A stretch of 25,328 bases of DNA from an uncultured archaeon (GTDB lineage Archaea; Asgardarchaeota; Lokiarchaeia; Sigyniarchaeales; SOKP01). Shown piece by piece: positions 10,401 to 22,400 of the stretch. How positions within the stretch are numbered: position 1 is the stretch's first letter; each line of letters opens with the position of its first letter. The stretch is taken from NCBI GenBank assembly GCA_964525635.1, contig CAZGJX010000063.1:1-25328 (forward strand), read 5' to 3'. A model generated the notes under the pieces. That model was not told the origin of the DNA. It did no database searches and saw only the letters and a list, made by a program, of their open reading frames with translations. The position numbers and the translations under genes are program-made.

Positions 10401-13400
10401 GTCTTACAACATAAGAATCGCTGGCAGAATCAAAAAGCCGATAGAAATCATTATATTCAAATCTTAATATGATATACCCATCTTCAAGAATTGGAGTAAT
10501 TAATCTATAATTGTTCTCAATATAATCCCAATATCTGTATTTGATTTGCTCCAATAAAGAGAGATCTGAATTCCCTTTCAATTTAATTTCAAATTTAATT
10601 GCATCATCCAAATTTTCTCCATATATTTCCTCGAATAAGAATTCAGCTTCTATAGTATTTTGAGTTATAAATTCTGAATTAATGATCCATATTTGCCCAT
10701 CATCTTCATGAGCCATTGAAGGTGTTGTAGGATATGCAGTTGAGCCCCGTATAATTTGGGGATATTGTGGATTATTTTGCTCGATAAACTCATATCTTGA
10801 GGATATTGAATATAAATCTCCAAATGATTCTTTCTGAGCTTTAATATCATATATAATAATATTTTCAGTATCATCAAGATATCCACAGATCTTTAATTGG
10901 TCAAATGTTAACTGAGTAGGGATTTGAATTGATATAGAACGATGTGTAAAATCATTATTTCCCTGAGGAATTAGAGTATATTCATCTACAAATTCCCCTT
11001 CATTGAATAATTGTATTTTAATTTCATTGGAAGTGAAAGGTTTGCAATCAATTATTAGAGCATCCTCGGAACTAAGCGTATTTGAAGAATATTGAGGCGA
11101 ACAAATGGAGAGATGCTCATGAGTGTCTGTCTGTAAAAACATATATCCTTGGTCTTGGTAAAATTTCGAAAGGTAATGGGTGAATTGAGGTCTATATAAT
11201 TGATTCTGAGCTTCGCTTGAATAAAATCCAACCAATTCACCTCCATTATTCATGTAGAAGCTGTCATCGTATATAGCATCACTTGTAAGAGTGATAATTT
11301 CAGTTGGGGCGCCTAAGATTAGAGTCTGATATCCTTGACCCAATGAATCAACAGTTGATAATAGATTCAATCTATCCGGTTGATTCCAATAGTGAAGTGA
11401 TTGTTCATTGAAATAATTAGATTCATATATATTAAAGTAAGGTCGCTGAGTTTGAGTGACATACAACTGTAACTCGGAGTCTTTCCAATATCCATCTGAA
11501 AGATATGGTATATCATGCGATAAATACACATTACTCCACTGAAAATTATATTTATATACAAATCCAATGATACCATTCTCCAACATCCAGATATATCTTC
11601 CATCAAAACATACTCCTTCTGGGGAGGAAATAATTGGAGAAAGTTCGAAATTATAATCCAAGTAATTGCCTTCTAAATCATAAATGTAAATAAAGTTACT
11701 TTCGCTTGCAAACCAATGCGCTCCATCAGTCCAAAAACAATCAGCATTCTCATTCTGTAGGATGATTTTCTCTTGTGTATAGATTAAATCATTAGGTGGG
11801 AAATTTTCTTGATTGGATACTTCTACTAATTTATATATTACATTATCATCAACTAGAATATATAAGTAAGGAGAATTATAGTAAATATCTTTTATATCAT
11901 GATACCCCCATGGTGGTTCTTCATGGAATATCTGCACTATATCATAGTCCCAATAATCCCCTTCCATTTTTAACCTAGATGCAAACAATGTATTTCCATA
12001 ACTATCTGTTTCAATAACCCAACAATATTTCCAACCCCAATAATTATCAACTCCCATATCAATACATATAGGAATACCGTCCCATAGAGATATATCTTGA
12101 TTTTTATTTAGATAATTTCCATTTGAATCGTACTTATATACATAATCTCCGGCTAATACCCAATAAAATTCTCCATCAAACGCGATATCTTTTGTCCTTT
12201 CAATTCCATCCTCATCAACACTATAAAAATCCCCTGAATAATCGAAATTCCCTTGAACTTTTAGTGTCTGACTATCTCCGAAGTTTTCCAAGCTATATTC
12301 AGAAGAGACATATGTATCTGATGCTGCATATGTAGAATATATAAAAGTTCCATCAGTTCCCTCAAATTGCCATGGAGAATATAAATTATCTTGGAATTTT
12401 ATAAGCGGTGGATTTTCTTTAATATTAAATCCGCTGTCTCCGCTTAACATTAATCCATCCGAAGTTAATTGGATTCCATCATTTATATGAGATCTCTTTT
12501 GATAAGGAGCTTTCAATTTGTAAACTTTATCGTCTTCAGTGATTATATAATTTTCAGATATAGTGACAATTTGATCACCCTCATCTATTTGAGGTGTTGC
12601 TATTTTATAGTAGTTATTATATTTTCTCATTTGAAAGATTTCATTCGTTTCCATATCAAATCCAATGTTATATCCATTTTCATCTAATATGTTACTATCT
12701 CGCGTGAAAATTACATTACTTTCTCGAATACGCTTATATTCATCATCATCAATATTATATGAATAAAAATAGTGTTTACCATCGGTCATATCTTTTAAAA
12801 TAAAAGAAATGGTCTCATCTCCATCATAATTTAATGTCCTCAAATTAATATTAGAAGGAATCATCATATTTTCCCCAAAATCTATCTGTGACCATAATAA
12901 TCTTGTGAGATCATGATATTCCTCATCTTTATTATCATTTGCCCAAAGTTCTACCTTTCCATCACTCCACTGCCATAATATATAAGTAAATCCATTATTA
13001 GCTGTACAAGTCCTTGATGTAGAAAAAGTCCTTCCAGAAGCGGGACCCATATCTTGTCGCCCTTCCCTATCCTCGTCTTCTATCGATCTAAACTGTAACC
13101 AACCCTTAACTATTCCACTCGATTTATATGCTCGAACAGTAAAATGTTGATTTTGATCCTTATAGATATCTACATTCGCATTATAATTGCTTACGGAAAT
13201 AGGATCTCCACCATATATACTATAATTATACACACCCCCAGCACCATAATAAATATTCTCTTCTTCTCTATCGTAAAAAATGGTATTAGATCCAAGACCA
13301 AAATCTATAACGCTCCATGTTCTTCCTCCATCAATTGAAGTATATAAGAAATAGCCATCGAAATTAGGGAGATAGCCCATAATAAATAATCTCCCATTTT

Positions 13401-16400
13401 CAGCTTCAATGAAAGTACTTGCTTCATTGATAATTGGATCATTAAGATTTATAACATAACTCCATTCTTCAACCTCTCCAAAATGTTCATATTCAGCCAT
13501 AATTTCGGGATTTGAATTCTCAAAATTATCGTAATTCAGATAATTTGAGCTTAACTGCGCATAGGTCTTAAAATCTCCAATGCATAAATACTCATCAGGT
13601 AAGTCAGATTCTTTTGTTGTGATTATTCTTACTTTAAACTCCTGCTCTGAGTTTACAAATTCTCTGAAGAAATCCCTTTCTGTAAATTGAGTCTGTGAAG
13701 TCGGCGCAGGGAAGTTATTACTACCTGTGGTGTAGAACTCATGGGGATTGATTTTTATGCTATTTAGCTGGAACCTGTTTGCGTTAAATAAATCATCGTA
13801 AAATAATACTTTATGGCGATCTATACCTTCATCTTCTTCGAAGCTCCAATAGTTGTTCATCGAATACTCATTATTTTTATTATTTTTCAGGAAATTGGCA
13901 CCAGAATAGGGATCGTATATAATTTCATCGAACCAAATGGCATCATCAGTGATTTCCATAGGAACACAATTACCGAAAGATACGGTATTTAAACTCAATA
14001 TGTTCTTAGTATACCAAGCAGGACGGAAGGCATCTATATGGTAGGGAGCTTGCCATGTCCAGAAAAGATAATTTAACTCTTTGAGAATATATTTTCCGTT
14101 CTGAACGGTCGAAATAGGTAATGCCTCCCACGAGTCGGTATAATAGTTCCAAATTTGAAGTGAGAGAGGGTAAGAACTAGCTGTTGAGATGACACTTGCA
14201 TCAAAAGAAAGAGAGATGTCTAATAAGCCCTCCTTGTCCACAAGCGGTAATTTATTTGTGATTTCAAGACCATATACACTGTCTTGGTCCGACATTGCTA
14301 ATGCAATATATTCATCCCAATCATCCAAGGTGTATGCTATTTCTCTTTCTGAGCCCATCTGGGGGCTAAAAGCTGGATTGAATGGGAGAATTCCAGAGGG
14401 AACGATTCCTGACTGGAATTGATCTGCTAAAATGTTGTATTCGGTAAGCGAGTTTTTAACAAATAAAGTCTGTAGCCCGCTATAATTATTATATATGCCT
14501 TCCTCTGAGGCATCGTGAATAGAATCGTAATACATCCTGCTGAAATTATACGATTCAGAAAGGGATGGATTTGAAAGCCAAGTACCGTCAATATAATTAT
14601 TTTCCTCAAATTCTTCATACCCCATTAAACTTTCTGATAACATAGCGGAACCATAATCTCCTCCATAATCAATTAAACTGTTAGAAAGCTCGGGCATATT
14701 GAAATATTCAGAACTTGTATCATCATTCCAACCAGATTGTACTTGGGGGTAGGCAACTGTACTTCCAATTCCAGATATTACAGGGGTATATTGGTAATTA
14801 ATACCTCTTTCATTCCATCCTGATATAGTTGAGAATTGTCGCCAATCTGCATTAGGATTGTACCAAGATGTTCCTGGATTTAACCATTGTAGAGGGAGTG
14901 TCGATATATCGAGAAACGTTCCCGAGACAGACACCGAATGAGCATTAGGATTTGCATTATAAATCTTAAATGATGGATCTATTTGAGCCTTTTTCGTATC
15001 TGAAAACGATAAAAATGAATAACTTATTTTTATGAACTGAATATCATCCCAGAGATCTTCTAAATTAATCCTGATTTGATTGTAGCTGTTGCTATAAAAT
15101 GCCTGATCAAGCTTAATCCATTGCCCTCCAGATTTATACCATATATTATTAATTTCTTTGATTTGGATATGCTTTAATTGGATGATTGGATATTGCTCTG
15201 GAGTGAGATCTTTTTTTCCAAATGTTTCACTTACATAACATATTGGAGATAGTATTGTAGAGACATCCTCTATATAATCTATTAATGACTCAAATAAGCC
15301 TGTTTTAGAGGCAATTATTATTTTATCATAGTTATTTTGTGTTATTGTGAGTAGATCAATTATTTCAAATCGAATTTCATCAAAACCAGAAATTTCATAA
15401 GAAATCCACTCTTCTTGCTCACTGCTGTATTTTAAGCTAATAACGGCGTCCATCTTCCCTATTTTTAGTCTTTCGACGCCGATTAAAATAGTATCAATTC
15501 CATTAATATTCTCATGTTTAATACAAGATATTTTTCCAAGAATATAGTCGCTAATTATATCTTTATAATTTAGCGATAGATCAAATTCAAACAACTGTGA
15601 TGAATAGCTGTTATGCATTAATCCGCCAATAAGAATGGAATTACAATCACTTTCTCCAAAATTAACCACACCTTTAATCATCGTAGGAATAAAATTCTCT
15701 GGAGCAGTCTCATATTTAACTACATCCACATCAAAACTGCTTAAAAATCTATACTTCCAAAAAGTAAATTCCTGAGATGTATCCAATTGTGCCACAAATA
15801 GGTATGAATCCGAGGATTCAGGAGCCTGAAATATATCATAACAGAAGTATTGATAATCATGAAGTTGAGTAATATTTGATTTACATTTCCATTGGGAACT
15901 TCCAAAATACAGTACATCAATTTGCCCATTACTGAGACGAATGATTTCTGGAATATTATCTTGGTCAACATCAAAGAGTTTAAAGGATTGGCTTTCAATA
16001 CAATTAATATCTACTTCTTCACTCTTTTCGGGATCTATTAACCATCCAGAAGAATTATCAAATTGATATACCTCAATATTTATTTTACCACCTTCATCTA
16101 AAATTAGAATTGGTTGCCAATTATCTCCAAATTTTCCCCATGTACCCCAGATCGTCTCTCCTGTTAAATAACCTATCTTCATAGGTAAATAATCATAGCT
16201 AAAATCTCTCATCTGTTCAAGGAAAAATTCATCATCATTAATATCCCAGATTACTTCATAATCTCCTGATTCCATGATGGTTGTAGACTCAATAGCTAGG
16301 TTAATCCATTGGTCCTCAATAGGCGAATAGTATTGAACGATAACGTCCCATAGCTCTGATGGACTCTCGAAATTCTCTATTATTCCCGAGAAATTTACAG

Positions 16401-19400
16401 GATTATAATTACTTTTATCATCATAGGAAATACACTCTCCAAATATAGTATCCGCTAGTAATTGTACTGATGAGTAATCAAATATTCTTAAATCTCTGAT
16501 TTCCTTTAAGAGGTTTCCAGCTCTGTCAAGTAATATTATCTTTATATAGATAGTATCTATTGGAATTTCATCCAATGAGTCTACATCCCAATAATACGCC
16601 CATTGTCCAAATTCATTCCAGTATCCTCTTCCAAGATAAGTGAAATTGGTTTGACTACTATTGGAACAATAAAGATAGATTCTATCAACATCAGATTCCT
16701 CCAAATAATTTAATCTAATGGATGTTGTATTTATATAAATTGTGGAATCGCTTGGATCTTCCGAACCAGCGATTAAAATACCCTCACCAAAAGATGTAGT
16801 TCCCAGAAACCATGAGAATAAACTTTCTCCCACAAATTCGAGAGAATTATCATAAATACACAGATATTTAGAGGATATATATTCATTTGAGACAGTTCCA
16901 TTTATTTGCCCAATTCCATCCACAATTGAGAACCATATTAATAGCTCATCTCCTTGATCTAATTCCAAATAATGAGATATGTTAAAATATTCATATCCAG
17001 ATGTTAGAATCTGCCAATAGGAAAATTCATTTATGAACGTAAGCGGTAAAGGTTCTTCAATTAATTCATAATAGAGGGCATCAATTTTGTAAGAATTTTG
17101 TGGAGATAATAGATATCTATATTGTTCATCAAATTCGATAAATAACTCATCATTCTCACGGTAGACATTAAACTCATCTACTATACGATTATCAATTCGA
17201 ATCTTCTGTATTTCGATTATTTTATCAATATCTCCCGTAATTTTGTATAGTAATTTGTTATAATTGAGTGAACCTTCTATGCTTACATCATACCAACTAA
17301 GGGTATTGGTGTAATGCATGTACACTTTTTGAATTCCCATTTGCTCTGCAATTGTGGTATTGATACCGTTCCAACTAAATGAATCGAATAACTCATCATA
17401 AGCGGTCAGGTTAATGTATTCTTGATCATTAATGTAGATAATATCATCAAGAGATTGGGAGTATACTATTTCATTATCAACATATACATTGTCCATAAAA
17501 TCTACCAACACAGGAGCGGAATTATCAAAATATCGATCCTCAATAATTAACTCAATTTCATTTCCACAGAAATCAGTTACACCTATAATTAAATCGAAAA
17601 GACCGTTTGGCAATTGATTCGTATCTAAGATTACGTTAGTAAGGCTTCCATCCTCGATTAAAGAGATATCAAGATTGGAATAGATATCTCCTGTGGAAGA
17701 ATTTCTTGCTTTAAGAGTGATACTATAGGGTGAAAGATCAAAAATATTAAATTCAATGCGGAATAGTCCGTTCCAGTATTGGGGATTTGTATAGATATTT
17801 TGTAAAATAGGTGGTGATCTGTCTAAAATTAATGAGAACTCATATGAACTAATCTGATTTAGAGAATCCTTTGCAATAAGCCTAATATGATGAATTCCCT
17901 CAAGAATTTGTGTATCATTAAAATGAAAGATATATTCATTATTATCTGTAGTAGTCCAATATCCATTTATCTCTGAATTATTCAGATAATAGTTGTCTAT
18001 ATCAGATAGATCTTGTAAAATAAATGAGATCTCTCCTGAGTTGGGATTTACTGAAATTCCATCCGAAAACTGAGCATAAATTTCTGGACCTGAAAAATCA
18101 ACTGATTGAGTTTGAGTAAATAATATAATTTCATTTGAGATATCAGTAAACTTTGTAATTGCTGTATATATTCCCTGAGGGAGATTCTTAAAGTTAAGAG
18201 ATCCCTTGTATTGATTATTTTCTCTGTAGGAATTTGTATATGAATAATATATCTCAATAGGAATAGATTGTCCATACTGCCCATCTAACAATTGTCCTGA
18301 TATTATTTTTATAGAGAGATGGGAATCATCAATAAAATAATAAAATTGGTATTCAGTTGCATTAATAATTACTTTATCAATGGTAATAATTGCCTCTTCA
18401 GATAAAAGATTTGAAGGAAGAGGTAAAATAAATTTATTTGAAAGTATTTCTATTTCATCCTTATCATAGACCTCAGTACGAGATCCATCTGTAATTGGAG
18501 CAAGATTAACTGTTCTAATTAGCTGATCCTGCTCATTATATAATGTGAGAGTTGGTATTTGATTTTTTACAATATAGGGCACATTATCCCGATTACTATA
18601 GGTATTTTGCAAATCCTCAAAATTTACCCATATATTGTCTTGAGCACTGTTAATATCTATAGAAACATCAGTGATATTTACTACTTCGGAAAATGTGCTA
18701 TCCGTTGAGGTAATAATTATTTTCCTTGAAGATATTAGGTTATTTTGCTGATATAATTCAATATTTAGTGGAATTTCTTTAAATTCTCCACCAAAAATAT
18801 TGTAATACAATCCATTTAGCTTAATTTCATTTCCCAAATCTGCAAAATAAATATAATTATCTGTTAAATATCTTGTCGTTAAATAAAATGTCTCATAAGC
18901 CGTATAAACCTTTACTTTTGTGATATCATTATCATATGGTCTTATTGTAATGTTAAGATTAATCTTCTCCTCCTCATCTAATCCATAAATAATGGTATCA
19001 TCTATCCCCTCAAGTTCGAAATAGAGATTTTTGTTAAAATCTTTTACAAATCTGAATGATTCGTTATAATATTCCCTATAATTTTCAAGGAAATCGAATG
19101 GTTTTAACATAAATTCGATTTGATCATCTTTCAGACTCCAGATGTTAAAAGTAAAATTAATTGGGGAGTCGCCACCTTGAAAAGTATCATAATAGCTCCA
19201 TTGGGTGCTTTCTGTTGTGAAATATCTGTAGTACAATTTGAAATGGCTAAAATCGGGTGAATTAGGGGTGATCGCACCAGTTAAAATATAATTGCTCGAA
19301 TCTGTATAGGTCTTTTCAAGGTCGAGGGAATATGATTGATTAAGCAAGAGTGAGATAAAAGGCGCTTGGAAATCGATCATTGTCTCATTTAGGCTGTAAT

Positions 19401-22400
19401 TAAAGGAGTAAAATGGAAAAGCGTCTCCATATGAATAATTACATTCAATCGTAAATGATGCATTTATTTCTTTCCCATCCAACTCATAGATATCTCTCCA
19501 ATCTTCTAAAGAATCGAGATTCATTAAGAAATAATTTTCAACAAGCACTGAATAATTAACAGTTGTGAGTAAATCTATGTTATTTGAATAATTTATATAA
19601 AGATTAAGCGAGGATATATGCTCACTTATATCCTCATGGGGAATCACTGCAATTTCAGAATCAATTCCGATTTTTCCAATAGAATCAAGATAAGTAAAAT
19701 TTATTACATTATCAAAATGATTAATTCTAATACTTTTATTGTAATAATCATATGCTCTGTTTTTCCAATAATCTTGCACTTTTGTAACTAAATACCATTC
19801 TCCATCGGGGAGTTCATAGGAATTTTTTACCAAAGCATAACTTTCGTTATCATAATAATAACCTCCAATTAAATGTAACAATGAATCATTGATTTGAATA
19901 ATATCAGGTGGTGCAGTACTTAAATAAAATTCCATTGAATCTACAAACGCGGTTTGATATGAAAGCATATTAGTTTTAAATAAGATGTAAGAGTCTATTA
20001 ATTCCTGAGACTGATCAAGATCAATCCAACCGCCTGAACCATCTTCTTTAAATATATTACATTGAGGAATGAGTGCCTCAACTCCTTTATGCTGTTCAAC
20101 ATCGTTTCTCGATATAGCTTTCTCATAAATACTTATATCATCTAATTTTCCCGTAAAATATGAATCTCCCGCACTATTAGAGCCTACAGTGAGATTACCT
20201 AGAATTTCTTCATTATTAATGAGGTCTCCGCAGTTCAGCCAAGGCTCTTCAATTCCTCCATTTGCAATTTCATACCACTCATTATTTATTCTAACATCTA
20301 TATTACTTTCATTGAAAATAATTGCTATATAATTCCAGTCTCCAATTACAATACTCCCTTCTGATCCATATGTAGCAATGGTCTCAACATTTTCAGTATT
20401 TAAATATACCTGCAATTGACCAAGCTCATTTATCCCAAACTGGATTGTTCCATTTTTTGATATAAAGGAATTTTTAATACTATTTCCATTTTCAATTGAA
20501 TTTAATTCAAATGGTTGAATCCATGAGGTAATGGTGAACTGGTTAGAGCTATTTAGCTCATCGTATAGAATATTACCAAATTCAACATGTGCAGAGTTAT
20601 TATAGTACAATGAATTTCCATGGATACCCCATGTTCTTATAGGATTATTTGTTAATTTTCCATCATAATTATTTACGTTGTCATACGTATTGATACCTGA
20701 GGATTCATTAAACTCTAGCATGAATGAAAGATGGTTTTCACTTGTCCAAGAGGGGGGTGGATTAGGAGCAGTCAATGCTTTAATTAAATCATAGACAGAA
20801 TAACCCCAGTCGGGTAGGTCATCTCCATTGGCATCTGGAAAGAATTTTTCTCCATCTTCGCTTATCTCTAACCCTGCATATTCGATAAACTCCATTTTAT
20901 TATAGAGCCCATTACCTTGAGATTCAATTTTTGCAAGTGCATTAATCTCAAATGACGAATATATCTCAGTTTTGTAGTAAAACCTTCCCTTTTCGTCAGT
21001 ACTTACAGTAGCAAGTTCCTCCCACTTATTACTTTTCTCAATATATAACGTTATTTCTTTGTGAGGTAATGCTTCTCCTGCTGAATTTACTAGCTTACCA
21101 TCAAAATATACTGTGAAATTGCCACCATTATCAATTGTATAGACACTCCCAAAATTAACTTCTTCATTGTTTAGCTCTTCAATCCCAATAACATGTAAAT
21201 CATCCTTATTTAGTGTTATATCATAAACTTCAGGTTCAGAACTCTTCCATGAGAGAGCACTATATTCTGAGTAATAGACATACATTTCATAACCACCAGG
21301 GATTAGGTCAAGTTTATTTAGCTCGCCATAGGTGAATAGATTTCCATTTTTCAGAGGACCATTTAGATAACAGGAACGTATATCATAATAGGATTGCCTT
21401 ACCCTATCTTCTACGATATTTGGTAATGATTTATTAGGGATCAGTCTAAAGAGCATTTTGGATGATTCAGAAATTCCTAATGTGCTCTCACATTTAGCTA
21501 TAAACATGTCATTTATTGATAAATCTCCTAAATTATTGTAACTACCAAAAGTTAAGGAGTTAAGATTAATTGCAGAGCTCTCTACTCTATCTACTCGATC
21601 GACTTTGGCAAAGGATATTTTTGGCATATCAATATTAATAAGAGACTGTATACCAAAAATAGTGGGGAGGAGAATTAAGAAAATCAAAGCTAGTACAGAG
21701 AAAGCTTGATACTTTCCCCGAATTTCAGGCTCTAGAGCGTTATTAATAACATTCTCATTCTCTACATCCAGAGCTTTTTTTACTTTTTTCGATATTTTAA
21801 CATGACTTTTTAATTTCCTTTTACTTTTCATCCGTAGATGTCTTGCCAACATCACAGAGGGTGCGCTCATACATAAAATTGGTATCATTGTGAATGCTGG
21901 ATAGATTAGGTATAATATGATTGATACGAAAAGGAGGATTAAAATAATATAAAAAAGAGCCATTTTTTTTCTTCCATGATATTGAATAGCATTTGCCTCT
22001 TTATCTCGCAATAATTTCAGTATTTTTTTCCTCTCTCTCATTAAAATCTCTGTAATTAGGATAAAAACAGGCATTATCCAGAGAGAAATTGTTCTATATC
22101 CAAAATAATTCAGACTAATTGATATTGTTATAATACTTGCCGAGACAAATAAGAATAGATATTTCGGAAATCTAAATTCTGAGAATTTATTGTTTTTAAT
22201 AGTATAGATGCTGGTAATTATAATCTGTATTAATAGAAATAAAGTGTTATAATTTGGTCCATTTTTAGGCTCTGAAAATAAGAATTTGCAGAATGGTAAA
22301 TATGATATAAAAAATATAAAAATAAATATTAATAGAAAGTTTTTAATTGTCTTTCTACAATCATATGTACCTTCTTTTTTGAAATTTCGCGTCCATATAA

